A stretch of DNA of 64,000 nucleotides from Candidatus Methylomirabilia bacterium (GTDB lineage: Bacteria; Methylomirabilota; Methylomirabilia; Rokubacteriales; CSP1-6), in contig JBGQHJ010000002.1 in the NCBI GenBank assembly GCA_041497895.1, forward strand, positions 21,112 to 85,111, written 5' to 3'. Each line of letters starts with the position of its first letter. The first letter of the stretch is position 1. Positions 9,691-19,845 of the stretch are shown one piece after another. Below the pieces are notes generated by a model, which was not told the origin of the DNA, searched no databases, and was given only the letters and a program-made list of their open reading frames with translations. The translations under genes were made by a program, and so were the position numbers.

Positions 9691-10356
9691 GTGAGCCCGG
9701 ACAGCATCTCCGCCCTCCGGCTGTCGCTCCAGGTGGCGGTGGCGGCCACGGCGCTCAACGCGCTCGTCGGCATTCCCATCGCCTACGCGCTGGCGCGCCG
9801 CCGCTTCTGGGGCCGGAGCCTCGTCGACCTGCTCGTGACCCTGCCGCTCATCCTGCCGCCCACCGTGGTCGGCTATTACCTGATCGTGCTGCTGGGCCGG
9901 CGCGGCGTGCTGGGCGCTCCGCTCTATCAGCTGACCGGCTGGACGGTGGCCTTCACCTGGTATGCGGCGGTGATCGCGGCCACCGTGATGGCGCTGCCAC
10001 TCCTGGTCCGCACGGTGCGCGCGGCCATCGAGTCGGTGGATCGCGACCTCGAGCGCGCGGCCTACACCCTCGGCCGCTCGGAGCTGCGCACCGCCCTCGA
10101 GGTGACGCTCCCGCTCGCCCGCAACGGCATCCTGGCCGGGCTGGTGCTGGCCTTCGCGCGGGCGCTCGGCGAGTTCGGCGCCACCCTGATGCTGGCCGGC
10201 AACATCCCCGGGCGCACCGCCACCGTGCCGCTCTCGATCTACACCGCGGTGCAGACCGGCGAGAGCGCCGAGGCCCTCGGCCTGGTGGCGGTGCTCACCG
10301 CGCTCTCCTGCCTCGTGCTGATCGCGGCCAATCGCCTGGGGGCTCGGGCGGCATGA
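9691..10356 (+). CDS. modB: Molybdate ABC transporter permease
   Basis: LPLILPPTVVGYYL, FARALGEFGATLMLAGNIPGRT. Confidence 0.93.
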   Translation: MSPDSISALRLSLQVAVAATALNALVGIPIAYALARRRFWGRSLVDLLVTLPLILPPTVVGYYLIVLLGRRGVLGAPLYQLTGWTVAFTWYAAVIAATVMALPLLVRTVRAAIESVDRDLERAAYTLGRSELRTALEVTLPLARNGILAGLVLAFARALGEFGATLMLAGNIPGRTATVPLSIYTAVQTGESAEALGLVAVLTALSCLVLIAANRLGARAA

Positions 10357-11483
10357 CGAGCCGGCTCGAGGTCGCGATCCGCAAGTCGCTGCCCGGCTTC
10401 ACCCTCGACGTCGAGTGGAGCGCGGGCGCCGGCGTCGCCGCGCTCTTCGGGCCGTCGGGCGCGGGCAAGACCCTCACGCTCCAGTGCCTGTCCGGGCTGG
10501 TGCGCCCCGACGCCGGACGGATCGTGGTCGACGGCCACGTGCTCTTCGACGCGGTGGCCGGGATCGACGTGCCGCCCCAGCGGCGGCGCGTCGGCTACGT
10601 GTTCCAGGGCTACGCGCTCTTCCCGCACCTCACGGTGCGTGGCAACGTGGGCTTCGGCCTCCGCGACCGGGGCCGGGCCGAGCGCCGGCGCCGGGAAGAC
10701 GAGGTGATGGCGCGCCTCGGGCTCGAGGCCTTCGCGGAGCGCTACCCGCGCGAGCTATCGGGCGGCCAGCGCCAGCGGGTGGCCCTCGGCCGGGCGCTCG
10801 CCACCGATCCGGCCCTGCTCCTGCTCGACGAGCCCCTCTCCGCGCTCGACCTGCCGCTGCGCCAGGCGCTGCGCGACGAGCTGCGCGGGATCCTCACCGG
10901 CTGGGGCACCGCGGCGGTGCTGGTCACCCACGACCTCGCCGAGGCCTACCGGCTGGGCGATCGCATCGTGGTCTATGAAGAGGGGCGCGTGATCCAGGCC
11001 GCGTCGCGCGCCGAGCTGCCCTGGCAGCCGTCGTCCCGGAGCGTGGCGCGCATCATGGGCATCCGGAACCTCGTGCAGGGGGTCACGCTCAAGGCCACCG
11101 CCGACCGCATCCAGTTCCGCTGGCGCGGTCAGGTGCTCGAGGCGGTCAACTCGCCGACGCGCTCCTATCTGCCCGCGCCGGACACCCCGCTCGCCTTCTT
11201 CATCCGGCCCGAGTACGTGCGCCTCATCCGCAAGGACCGCAGCCACGTGGACGGCGCGCACCACATGAACCTCATGTCGGGCACCGTGGTACGTGAGGTG
11301 GACCTGGGCGCGTCCTGGACGCTCTTCCTCCGCCTGGACGAGCCGGGACCCCCCGCGCAGGGCGACTACGACCTCGAGCTCGAGGTGCCCCGGCTCGTCT
11401 ACGAGATCCTCGAGATCGACCGGGATCGGCACTGGCAGTTCTCCCTCCACCGCGGCGCGATCCACGTGCTGCCCTCGTCTTGA
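10353..11483 (+). CDS. modC: Molybdate ABC transporter ATP-binding protein
   Basis: GPSGAGKT, LSGGQRQRV, LLLDEP; ATGA overlap with modB. Confidence 0.88.
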   Translation: MTSRLEVAIRKSLPGFTLDVEWSAGAGVAALFGPSGAGKTLTLQCLSGLVRPDAGRIVVDGHVLFDAVAGIDVPPQRRRVGYVFQGYALFPHLTVRGNVGFGLRDRGRAERRRREDEVMARLGLEAFAERYPRELSGGQRQRVALGRALATDPALLLLDEPLSALDLPLRQALRDELRGILTGWGTAAVLVTHDLAEAYRLGDRIVVYEEGRVIQAASRAELPWQPSSRSVARIMGIRNLVQGVTLKATADRIQFRWRGQVLEAVNSPTRSYLPAPDTPLAFFIRPEYVRLIRKDRSHVDGAHHMNLMSGTVVREVDLGASWTLFLRLDEPGPPAQGDYDLELEVPRLVYEILEIDRDRHWQFSLHRGAIHVLPSS

Positions 11484-12580
11484 TGGCACCGCCGCCGGTC
11501 GTCGCGCTGCACGGCATCCGGGTCGTCCACGGCGGGCGGGCCGTGCTCGAGATCCCGGAGCTGACGGTGGATACGGGTGAGGTCCTGGCGGTGATCGGCC
11601 CCAACGGGGCGGGCAAGTCGACGTTGCTCCGCGTGATGGGGCTGCTCGAGGCGCCGACCGCGGGGAGCGTGCGCTTCCAGGGCGAGCGCGTCAGCCCGGC
11701 CGGCCGCCTCGCGATTCGCCGGCGCATGGCGAGCGTCTTCCAGGACCCGCTGCTCACCGACGCCACCGTCCGGGACAACGTGGCGCTCGGCCTCCGCTTC
11801 CGCGGCGTGGGCACCGAGCGTGGCGCGCCCCGCGTGACCGAGTGGCTCGAGCAGCTCGGCATCGCCGACCTCGCCGGACGCCAGGCCCGCACCCTCTCGG
11901 GTGGGGAGGCGCAGCGCACCGCGCTGGCGCGCGCGCTGGTGCTCGAGCCCGAGCTGCTCCTGCTGGACGAGCCTTTCTCCGCTCTGGACCAGCCGACGCG
12001 GGAGGCGCTTCTCGACGACCTGGCCCGCATCCTCCGCCGGGAACGGATGACCACGGTGCTGGTCACCCACGATCGCGCCGAGGCCATGGCACTCGGGGAC
12101 CGCGTGGGCGTCCTCATGGAGGGCCGGCTCGAGCAGCTCGACGAGGCTGCCGTGGTCTTCCGGGCTCCCGCGTCGGAGGACGTGGCCCGCTTCGTCGGGG
12201 TGGAGACCATCCTGGAGGGACGGGTGGTGGAGTGGGCCCGGGACCTGGCCATGATCGAGGTGGGAGACCAAATGGTCGAGGTGGCCCAGCGGGCCGAGCC
12301 GGGCGAGCTGGTGCGCCTGTGCGTGCGTCCGGAGGATGTCACGGTATTTCCCGGAGCTCCGAAGCCGGGCGGCACCCGGGATTTCAACCGGCTCGGCGGC
12401 CGGGTGCAGCGGCTGGTTCCGAGCGGCCCGCATGTGCGCGTCGTCATTGACTGCGGGTTCCCTCTCGTCGCGCTCGTGACGCAGCGCACCGTGGAGGAGC
12501 TTCGCTTCGCCCCGGGCAGTCCGGTGACGGCGCACTTCAAGGCCACCGCGCCTCATCTGCTGCGCCATGCCAAGCCTTGA
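11483..12580 (+). CDS. tupC: Second ABC ATP-binding protein with C-terminal TOBE domain, probable tungstate ATPase
   Basis: GPNGAGKST, LSGGEAQR (TupC-like), LLLDEP, TOBE-like tail ...TAHFKATAPHL. Confidence 0.75.
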   Translation: MAPPPVVALHGIRVVHGGRAVLEIPELTVDTGEVLAVIGPNGAGKSTLLRVMGLLEAPTAGSVRFQGERVSPAGRLAIRRRMASVFQDPLLTDATVRDNVALGLRFRGVGTERGAPRVTEWLEQLGIADLAGRQARTLSGGEAQRTALARALVLEPELLLLDEPFSALDQPTREALLDDLARILRRERMTTVLVTHDRAEAMALGDRVGVLMEGRLEQLDEAAVVFRAPASEDVARFVGVETILEGRVVEWARDLAMIEVGDQMVEVAQRAEPGELVRLCVRPEDVTVFPGAPKPGGTRDFNRLGGRVQRLVPSGPHVRVVIDCGFPLVALVTQRTVEELRFAPGSPVTAHFKATAPHLLRHAKP

Positions 12581-12606
12581 CATGCCGAAGAGCCGGGGAG
12601 TATAAC
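12577..12606 (+). promoter_or_regulatory. sigma70-type promoter for DUF465-moaC-acuC
   Basis: TTGACA(12577-12582)-N18-TATAAC(12601-12606). Confidence 0.65.
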
Positions 12607-12667
12607 GCGGGTACCGCCACTGGTTGTAGGGGCAGGGTCCTGACAGACGCTTCGCAAGGAGGTCCGC

Positions 12668-12898
12668 ATGCCCGACACGGAAGCGTTCATCGAACGCCTC
12701 ACCGCCGAAAACCATGATTTCCGCAAGCTCCGCGAAGAACACCGCCAGCACGAGCTCGAGTTGGCCGACCTGAACGGCCGCGGCTTCCTCTCCCCCGACC
12801 AACAGTGGCGTGTGAGCGAGCTCAAGAAGCTCAAGCTCATCGCGAAAGACCGGATGGAGAGTCTCCTCCGGCACGCGCGCGCCGCGACCCACGTCTGA
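12668..12898 (+). CDS. DUF465/YdcH-family small protein
   Basis: FRKLREEH...LKKLKLIAKDRM pattern; strong SD AAGGAGG. Confidence 0.8.
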   Translation: MPDTEAFIERLTAENHDFRKLREEHRQHELELADLNGRGFLSPDQQWRVSELKKLKLIAKDRMESLLRHARAATHV

Positions 12899-12919
12899 CT
12901 CGGGTCCAGTACCCGACCG

Positions 12920-13465
12920 ATGTCCCCGCCGCGGGATATGCCCGGGTTCCGCGGCCTCTCGCACCTGACCCCCGCGGGTGAGGCGCGGATGGTGGACGTC
13001 TCCGCCAAGGTGGAGACCGTCCGGGAAGCCGCGGCCCGCGTCACCCTGAAGATGAAGGCGGCCACGCTCGCCGCGGTCCGCGCGGGCCAGCTCGCCAAGG
13101 GCGACGTGCTCGGGGTGGCGCGCACCGCGGGCATCATGGCGGCCAAGCGCACGCCGGACCTGATCCCCCTCTGCCATCCGCTGCGCATCACCGGGGTGGA
13201 CGTCGAGTTCGTGCTCGACTCGCGCCGCTCGACGATCACGGTGCACGCGCGCGTCCGCACGGTGGACAAGACCGGGGTCGAGATGGAGGCGCTCACCGCG
13301 GCGGCGGTGGCCGGCCTCACCGTCTACGACATGGTGAAGGCGGTGGACAAGGGCATCGTGCTGACCGACCTCTGCCTCGTCGAGAAGACGGGTGGCAAGT
13401 CCGGCGCCTGGAAGCGGGGCAGTGGATTGGCGAGGCGCAGCCGCAGGCGAGCCGAGCGGATATGA
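12920..13465 (+). CDS. moaC: Cyclic pyranopterin monophosphate synthase
   Basis: LSHL...[46 protein letters not shown]; start may be 12938. Confidence 0.95.
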   Translation: MSPPRDMPGFRGLSHLTPAGEARMVDVSAKVETVREAAARVTLKMKAATLAAVRAGQLAKGDVLGVARTAGIMAAKRTPDLIPLCHPLRITGVDVEFVLDSRRSTITVHARVRTVDKTGVEMEALTAAAVAGLTVYDMVKAVDKGIVLTDLCLVEKTGGKSGAWKRGSGLARRSRRRAERI

Positions 13466-14595
13466 CACTCACCACCGCGCTCATCTACTCGGACGAGTGG
13501 CGCCACTTCGACTACGGGAGCGAGCATCCGCTCCGCATGGAGCGGCTCGGGCTCACGTGGCGTCTCATGGAGGCCTACGGCCTCACCGCGCTGCCGGGCG
13601 CCAAGGTGCTCGCGCCGGAGCCCGCTTCGATCGAGGAGATCGCCCGCTTCCACACCCGCGACTACATCGAGATCTTGCGCGCGGTGAGCGCGGGCGACTG
13701 GGTGCCCCACGCCGGACGTTACGGGCTCGGGCCCGGCGACAACCCGATCTTCCCCGGCCTGTGGGAAGCGGCCCAGCTCGGGGCGGGGGGCTCGCTGGCC
13801 GCCGCGCAGCTGGTGGCCGCCGGCGAGGTCGACCGCGCGTTCCACTTCGCGGGCGGCCTGCACCACGCCATGCCCGGGCGTGCCTCCGGCTTCTGCTACG
13901 TCAACGACGCGGTGCTCGCGGTCATGCGGCTGCGCGCGCGCGGCTTCCGGGTCGCCTACGTCGACATCGACGCCCACCACGGCGACGGCGTGCAGTTCGC
14001 GTTCTACGACGATCCCCAGGTGCTCACCGTCTCGACCCACGAGCGCGGCGACCGGCTCTTCCCCGGCACCGGCTTCGTGGTGGAGATGGGCGAGGGCGAC
14101 GGCCTCGGCTACGCGGTGAACCTGCCGCTGCAGCCGCTCACCGACGACGCGGTCTACGAGGCGGCGTTCGAGGCGGTGGTGCCGCCGCTGGTGACCGCGT
14201 TCCGGCCCGACGCGCTCGTGATCCAGCTCGGCATCGACTCGCACCGCACCGATCCGCTCACCCACCTGAGCCTCACCGTGCAGGGCTTCACGCGGGCGGT
14301 CCGGCGGCTCCTGCCGCTCGCCCCCCGAGTCGTGGCCCTGGGCGGCGGCGGCTACGACCTCGCCAACGTGGCGCGGGCGTGGACGGCGGCGTGGGCGGCC
14401 ATGAACGATGTCGAGCTGCCCGACGCGCTGCCGCCCGAGAGCCACGCGGACATGCAGCGCCTGGGCCTCGCGCGACCCACGCTCAGCGATCCGGCCGAGA
14501 AGCTGCCCGACGACACGCGCCGGTGGGCCGAGGAGTACGCGCGACGCCAGGTGGGGGAGATCCAGGACAAGATCTTTCCCCTCCATGGGCTGTAG
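13462..14595 (+). CDS. acuC: Acetoin utilization protein / HDAC-family deacetylase
   Basis: [33 protein letters not shown]. Confidence 0.88.
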   Translation: MTLTTALIYSDEWRHFDYGSEHPLRMERLGLTWRLMEAYGLTALPGAKVLAPEPASIEEIARFHTRDYIEILRAVSAGDWVPHAGRYGLGPGDNPIFPGLWEAAQLGAGGSLAAAQLVAAGEVDRAFHFAGGLHHAMPGRASGFCYVNDAVLAVMRLRARGFRVAYVDIDAHHGDGVQFAFYDDPQVLTVSTHERGDRLFPGTGFVVEMGEGDGLGYAVNLPLQPLTDDAVYEAAFEAVVPPLVTAFRPDALVIQLGIDSHRTDPLTHLSLTVQGFTRAVRRLLPLAPRVVALGGGGYDLANVARAWTAAWAAMNDVELPDALPPESHADMQRLGLARPTLSDPAEKLPDDTRRWAEEYARRQVGEIQDKIFPLHGL

Positions 14596-14601
14596 GGCCG
14601 G

Positions 14602-16059
14602 GTGAGCGTGGAGGCCTCCGCGAGCGGCTCGACCGTCCCGACGGCGTCGGAGCCGGTCGTGCCGGCGCCGCCCGAGCACGCGGCGATCCGCGTGCCGCTC
14701 AAGATCAAGCTGAGCTTGCTGATCACCGCGCTCGTGGTGCTCACGGTGGCGCTGGTCGGGCTCTTCCTCCTCCGCCAGCAGCAGCAGAGCCTCACCGCCG
14801 AGATGACCAAGCGCGGGCTCACCATGGCCGAGAACTTCGCGGCCGGGGCCAAGACCCCGCTGCTCACCAGCGACGACCTGACGCTCGGCGTGCTCGTGAC
14901 CGACGCCATGAAGGACCCCGACGTCTCTTACGTCATCGTCGCGGATCACGACGGGCGGGTCCTCGCCCACTCCGATCCTCGGGCCGCGGTGAAGAGCGCG
15001 GTGGAGCGCCCCAAGGGACTCGATCCGCTGAAAGATCGGCTGCTGGTCCAGACCTACAAGACCCCGCAGGGCCGGATCATCGACTTCGCGGTGCCGCTGG
15101 TCTACAGCGGGGTGCCGGTGGGCGCGCTCTACCTGGGCTTCAGCGAGGAGGCGATCACCGCGGCCCTCGCCAGCGCGCGCAACCAGGCGCTGCTGATCAC
15201 CCTGCTCATGGTCCTGGCCGGGCTCGGCGGGGCGGTCGGGCTCGCCGCGCTCCTCTCGCGGCCGATCTTCCGCCTCGTGCAGGCCACCGGGGCCATCGCG
15301 GCCGGCAACTTCAACATCACGCTGCCGGTGGCCTCGCGCGACGAGCTGGGCGTGCTGACCGACTCCTTCAACCGCATGGCCCGCAGCCTGCGCGAGAAGG
15401 AGATGATCAAGCGCGCGTTCACCCGCTACGTGGCGCGGGAGGTGGTCGAGGAGATCCTGAAGAATCCGGAGAACATGACGCTCACCGGTGAGCGGCGGGA
15501 AGTCACCGTGCTCTTCTGCGACGTGCGCGGCTTCACCCCGCTCTCCGAGCGCCTGAGCCCGGAGGAGGTCGTGCTCCTGCTCAACGACTTCTACAACCTG
15601 ATGATCGAGACCACGTTCAAGCACGACGGCACCCTCGACAAGTTCCTGGGTGACGCGGTGATGGCGGTGTTCGGCGCCCCCCTGGCCCATCCCGATCACT
15701 CGGCGCGGGCCATCCGCACCGCGCTCGCCATGCAGGAGGGCATCGTCGGGCTGAACGAGCGTCGCGCCCGCGACGGCAAGGAGCCGATCGCGGTCGGCAT
15801 CGGGGTGAGCGCGGGCGAGGCGGTCGCGGGCACGGTGGGCACCGAGGACCGCATGGAGTACACCGTCATCGGCGACAGCGTGAACCTGGCCGCGCGCCTC
15901 GAGTCCAACGCCAAGCCGGGCCAGATCCTGATCAGCCACCGCACCTACGAGCGCGTGCGCGACCTGGTGGAGGCGCGCCCGCTCGGGCGCATCCGCGTGA
16001 AGGGTAAGGAAGAGGAGGTCGAGGTCTACGAGGTGCTCCGGCTGGCCCCCGTAGTTTGA
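14602..16059 (+). CDS. Membrane class III adenylate/guanylate cyclase with periplasmic and HAMP domains
   Basis: Two TM segments, HAMP (DELGVLTDSFNRM), VLFCDVRGFT, DKFLGDAVMA, GDSVNLAARLE. Confidence 0.92.
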   Translation: MSVEASASGSTVPTASEPVVPAPPEHAAIRVPLKIKLSLLITALVVLTVALVGLFLLRQQQQSLTAEMTKRGLTMAENFAAGAKTPLLTSDDLTLGVLVTDAMKDPDVSYVIVADHDGRVLAHSDPRAAVKSAVERPKGLDPLKDRLLVQTYKTPQGRIIDFAVPLVYSGVPVGALYLGFSEEAITAALASARNQALLITLLMVLAGLGGAVGLAALLSRPIFRLVQATGAIAAGNFNITLPVASRDELGVLTDSFNRMARSLREKEMIKRAFTRYVAREVVEEILKNPENMTLTGERREVTVLFCDVRGFTPLSERLSPEEVVLLLNDFYNLMIETTFKHDGTLDKFLGDAVMAVFGAPLAHPDHSARAIRTALAMQEGIVGLNERRARDGKEPIAVGIGVSAGEAVAGTVGTEDRMEYTVIGDSVNLAARLESNAKPGQILISHRTYERVRDLVEARPLGRIRVKGKEEEVEVYEVLRLAPVV

Positions 16060-16093
16060 TTCGGTTCTCCGCCCGGTCGCGTAGGATATGGGG

Positions 16094-17137
16094 ATGATGA
16101 CTCGACGCGCGCGAGGACGGGCCCTCGTGGTGGGCGGGCTGGCGCTGCTGCTCGGCGCCTGCGCCACCGCTGCGCCTGCGCCCACGCCGGCTCCCGGCGC
16201 GGCCCGGCCCCCGGCCCGACCCGGCCCCCGCCCCGCCGCCTACGAGTCCGAGGACTTCGTCGTCACCTTCGCGCAGCCCGGCGACACGCCCGAGACGCTC
16301 GCCGCGCGCTACCTGGGCGGTCCCGAGCGGGCGTGGATGATCGAGGACTACTCCGGGCAGCAGGCGTTCTCCCCCGGCCAGGAGGTGGTCATCCCCCGCC
16401 GGCCGTGGAACCCCGCCGGCGTCACCCCGGGCGGCTACCAGATCGTGCCGATCCTCACCTACCACAACCTGGGCGAGCAGGCGAAGGGGCGCCTCGTGCT
16501 GGCCGCCGCCTCCTTCCGCGAGCAGATGCAGTACCTCAAGACCAACGGCTACCGGGTGGTGAGCCTCGGCGACTTCGTCGAGTTCACCCGGCTCGGCCGG
16601 CAGCTGCCGCAGAAGGCGGTGGTGCTCACCTTCGACGACGGCTATCGCTCGTTCAAGGACTTCGCCTACCCGGTCCTCAAGGACCTCGGCTTCCCCGCCA
16701 CGCTCTTCATCTACACCGACTGGGTCGGCGCCGGCCGCGGGGCGCTCTCCTGGAGCGACCTGCGGGAGCTGACCGCCGCCGGCTTCGACATCGAGGCCCA
16801 CACCAAGACGCACGCGGACCTGCGCCGGGCCCACGGCGAGACCGAGGCCCAGTACGCGCGCCGCATGCACGTCGAGCTCGAGCTGCCCCAGGAGCTGTTC
16901 AACAAGAACCTCGGCCGGCGCAGCCAGATCCTCGCCTATCCCTACGGGCGCTGGGAGGAGGGCCTCCTGCCCAAGGTGAAGGAGTACGGTTACATCGCCG
17001 CGTTCTCGGTGCGCCGCCAGGGCAATGCCTCGTTCGTGCGGCCGCTCGCCGCGCACCGCAGCCAGATCTACTCCGAGATGACGCTCGACGACTTCGTCAA
17101 GAACCTGAACGTCTTCCAGGAGGAGAACCTCCGGTGA
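16094..17137 (+). CDS. Lipoprotein with LysM-like domain and polysaccharide deacetylase (NodB/IcaB-like) domain
   Basis: Lipobox LLGAC, PGDTPETLAARYLG, PILTYH, TFDDG, HTKTH, AYPYG; start 16088 or 16094. Confidence 0.88.
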   Translation: MMTRRARGRALVVGGLALLLGACATAAPAPTPAPGAARPPARPGPRPAAYESEDFVVTFAQPGDTPETLAARYLGGPERAWMIEDYSGQQAFSPGQEVVIPRRPWNPAGVTPGGYQIVPILTYHNLGEQAKGRLVLAAASFREQMQYLKTNGYRVVSLGDFVEFTRLGRQLPQKAVVLTFDDGYRSFKDFAYPVLKDLGFPATLFIYTDWVGAGRGALSWSDLRELTAAGFDIEAHTKTHADLRRAHGETEAQYARRMHVELELPQELFNKNLGRRSQILAYPYGRWEEGLLPKVKEYGYIAAFSVRRQGNASFVRPLAAHRSQIYSEMTLDDFVKNLNVFQEENLR

Positions 17138-18315
17138 AGTCGCCCCGCCGGCGCCTGCTCGTCGCGGCGACGCTGGGCCTGGCGCTGGGCGGCTGTGCGG
17201 GAATGGCCGCGGACCCCTCCGGCGAGACCAAGGGGACGGGCCCCGCCGCGCTCGCGCGCGATCCGCTCGCGGCGCGCCACCGCCAGCAGGCCGAGGCGCT
17301 CGAGCGCGACGGCCAGCTCCGCCGCGCCGCGGAGGAGTGGAAGATCGTCCTCACGATCACGCCGACCGACGCCCGGGCGCGCGAGTCGCTGCGCGCGCTG
17401 CAGGCGCGGATCGACCAGCTCGCGGCGGAGCGCATCGACGAGGGGCGCAAGGCGCTCGCGCGCGGGGTGCAGGTCGAGGCCCGGCGCAAGTTCCTGGCCG
17501 CTCTGGCCCTCGACCCGTCGAGCCGGGCCGCCTTCGAGGCCCTGCAGAGCGACACCCGCGAGGTCGAGTTCATCAGCCACACCGTGCGGTCGGGGGATAC
17601 CCTGTCGAGCCTGGCCCAGCGCTACTACGGCGACCGCTCCCGGTCGGAGGTGATCTGGGAGACCAACCAGCTGCCGCCCAATCCGCGCCTGGCTCCCGGC
17701 ACCACGCTCAAGATCCCGGAGATCCCGGGCGTTCCGTTCGTCCATCCCGAGGCGCGCCGGCCCCCGCCGGCGGTGGCGGCGATCCCCACGCCGGACGTGC
17801 CGCGCCCGGGTCCGGCGCCCGCGCCGGGTGCGTCCCCGGCCTCTCCCGCGCCGAAGGAGGAGTACACCCCCGAGGTCAATCCGCTGCTGGCCGAGGCCCG
17901 CGAGGCCCTCGAGCGCAGCGACTACACGGACGCGCTCGGTACGGTGGACAAGTACCTCACGAGCAAGCCGGGTGACCGCGAGGGGCTGACCCTCAAGAAG
18001 CAGGCGCTCTACGGGCAGGCCAAGAGCCAGATGGAGGCCAAGCAGTATCCGGAGTCGATCCAGAGCCTGACCCTGCTCACGCGTCTGCAGCCCAACTACG
18101 AGGACGCCTCCGCCCTCCTCAAGCAGGCGCGCACCCGCCTGGTCGAGCAGCACTACACCCAGGGGGTCCGGTTCTACCGCGAGGAGAAGCTGAAGGAAGC
18201 CATCTCGGAGTGGCGGGTGGTGCTCGAGATGGATCCGGGCCACGCCAACGCGCGCCGCAACATCGATCAGGCCGAACGACTCCTGCGCGGCCTCGAGCAG
18301 CGCATGAAGAAGTAG
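17134..18315 (+). CDS. LysM and TPR-containing lipoprotein
   Basis: Lipobox LGGC, HTVRSGDTLSSLAQRYYG LysM, TPR-like helices; GTGA overlap. Confidence 0.85.
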   Translation: MKSPRRRLLVAATLGLALGGCAGMAADPSGETKGTGPAALARDPLAARHRQQAEALERDGQLRRAAEEWKIVLTITPTDARARESLRALQARIDQLAAERIDEGRKALARGVQVEARRKFLAALALDPSSRAAFEALQSDTREVEFISHTVRSGDTLSSLAQRYYGDRSRSEVIWETNQLPPNPRLAPGTTLKIPEIPGVPFVHPEARRPPPAVAAIPTPDVPRPGPAPAPGASPASPAPKEEYTPEVNPLLAEAREALERSDYTDALGTVDKYLTSKPGDREGLTLKKQALYGQAKSQMEAKQYPESIQSLTLLTRLQPNYEDASALLKQARTRLVEQHYTQGVRFYREEKLKEAISEWRVVLEMDPGHANARRNIDQAERLLRGLEQRMKK

Positions 18316-18337
18316 CGACCACCAAGGAGGACATCCG

Positions 18338-18925
18338 ATGACGATCAGACACATCCGATCGGCGGCCACGGTGCTGCCGATCATCGCGCTCACCCTGTTG
18401 CTCGCCGGCTGTCCCAAGCGTCCCGCGATGACCGCGGCCACCGCGCCGCCGCCGGTCCCGCCGGCCGCGGTGGCGCCGCCCACTCCGGCGACCCCCGCGC
18501 CCGCTCCCGCGCCGGTCGCCCCGACGCCGGTGGTGCCGCCCACCGCAGCGCCCGCGCCGCCCGCCCCTCCCAACGAGTACCGGGCCAACGACGCGCTCAA
18601 GCCGATCCACTTCGCCTTCGACAAGTCCGACATCCGGCCCGCCGATGCCGCGGTGCTGGACGGCACCGCCGCGTATCTCAAGGCCAACCCCGGTCAGCTC
18701 GTGCTGATCGAGGGCCACTGCGACGAGCGGGGGACCTCGGAGTACAACCTGGCGCTCGGCGAGCGGCGGGCGAAGGCGGCGATGAACTACCTGGTCTCCA
18801 ACGGGGTCGAGGCCGCCCGCATCACCACGATCTCCTATGGCAAGGAGCGCCCGATCTGCTCCGAGCACAACGAGGCGTGCTGGTCCAGGAACCGCAACGA
18901 CACGTTCCTGACCAAGGAGAAGTGA
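18338..18925 (+). CDS. pal: Peptidoglycan-associated lipoprotein (OmpA C-like)
   Basis: LAGC lipobox, IHFAFDKS, IEGHCDERGTSEYNLALGERRA, SYGKERP. Confidence 0.92.
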   Translation: MTIRHIRSAATVLPIIALTLLLAGCPKRPAMTAATAPPPVPPAAVAPPTPATPAPAPAPVAPTPVVPPTAAPAPPAPPNEYRANDALKPIHFAFDKSDIRPADAAVLDGTAAYLKANPGQLVLIEGHCDERGTSEYNLALGERRAKAAMNYLVSNGVEAARITTISYGKERPICSEHNEACWSRNRNDTFLTKEK

Positions 18926-18975
18926 TCGACGACTGACCGTCCTCTCACGGCCCTCACCCTCACCCGGAGGCGCGC

Positions 18976-19779
18976 ATGCCCGCTCAAGACCTGATCGTGG
19001 ACCTGGCGATCCGCTACGGATTCCAGGTCCTCGGCGCGATCGTGATCCTGTTCGTCGGGCTCCTGGCCGCGTGGTGGGTGGGCAACACGGTCGAGCGGCC
19101 GCTCACGCGCATGGCGCTCGAGCCGCCGATGCGGCGGCTGATGGTGCGGGTCGTGAGAGTGGTGGTGCTGCTGTTCGCCCTGGTGATCGCGCTCGACAAG
19201 TTCGGCTTCCAGATCGCTCCCCTCGTGGCCGGCATCGGGGTGGCCGGGCTCGGCATCGGCATCGCGCTCCAGGGCGTGCTCGGCAACGTGATCGCCGGGC
19301 TCACCATCATCTTCACCAAGCCGTTCCGGGTGGGCGAGCACATCGAGATCGTGGGCATGAAGGGCGACGTCCACACCATCGAGCTGTTCTCGACCACGCT
19401 GGTGCATCCCGACCAGTCCCGGATCATCATCCCGAACCGGAAGATCGTGGGGGAGATCCTGCACAACTTCGGGACGATGAGGCAGATTCACCTGTCGGTG
19501 GCGGTTCCGCACGGCTCCGACCTGGCAGCGGTGCTGGCCCTGACCCGCGAGGTCGTGGCCGCCAACCCGCGCGTGCTGCCCCAGCCCGCCGCGGTGATCG
19601 GGGTCGCGCAGATCGAGGCTACCGGGGTGCGGATAGGGGTCAGTCCCTGGGTGAAGGTGCCGGACGTGGTCGTCGCCGAGGCCGAGATCTACCGGGCGCT
19701 GGTCGAGCGGTTCGGCGCGGCCGGGATCGCCGTGCCGCTCCCGCGGCAGGAAGTTCAGCTCGTCAATTCAGGGCGTTAA
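18976..19779 (+). CDS. mscS: Small-conductance mechanosensitive channel
   Basis: Three TMs, GIALQGVLGNVIAG, KPFRVGE, IIIPN. Confidence 0.9.
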   Translation: MPAQDLIVDLAIRYGFQVLGAIVILFVGLLAAWWVGNTVERPLTRMALEPPMRRLMVRVVRVVVLLFALVIALDKFGFQIAPLVAGIGVAGLGIGIALQGVLGNVIAGLTIIFTKPFRVGEHIEIVGMKGDVHTIELFSTTLVHPDQSRIIIPNRKIVGEILHNFGTMRQIHLSVAVPHGSDLAAVLALTREVVAANPRVLPQPAAVIGVAQIEATGVRIGVSPWVKVPDVVVAEAEIYRALVERFGAAGIAVPLPRQEVQLVNSGR

Positions 19780-19809
19780 CGCCACCGGCCGCGTGCCGTC
19801 AATGAGTTC

Positions 19810-19845
19810 TTGACATAGCCGGTCGGAATAGTACTATTCCGACCG
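19810..19845 (+). promoter_or_regulatory. sigma70-type promoter with a 26-bp perfect palindrome (candidate operator)
   Basis: TTGACA(19810-19815)-N16-TACTAT(19832-19837); CGGTCGGAATAGTACTATTCCGACCG at 19820-19845 is its own reverse complement. Confidence 0.7.

Noticed and set aside
12607..12667. Moco/Tuco riboswitch upstream of DUF465-moaC
   Set aside because: Leader is only ~60 nt and lacks the recognisable multi-stem pattern
18428..18570. Pro/Ala-rich low-complexity stretches in pal and neighbouring lipoproteins
   Set aside because: Ordinary flexible linkers, not DNA repeats
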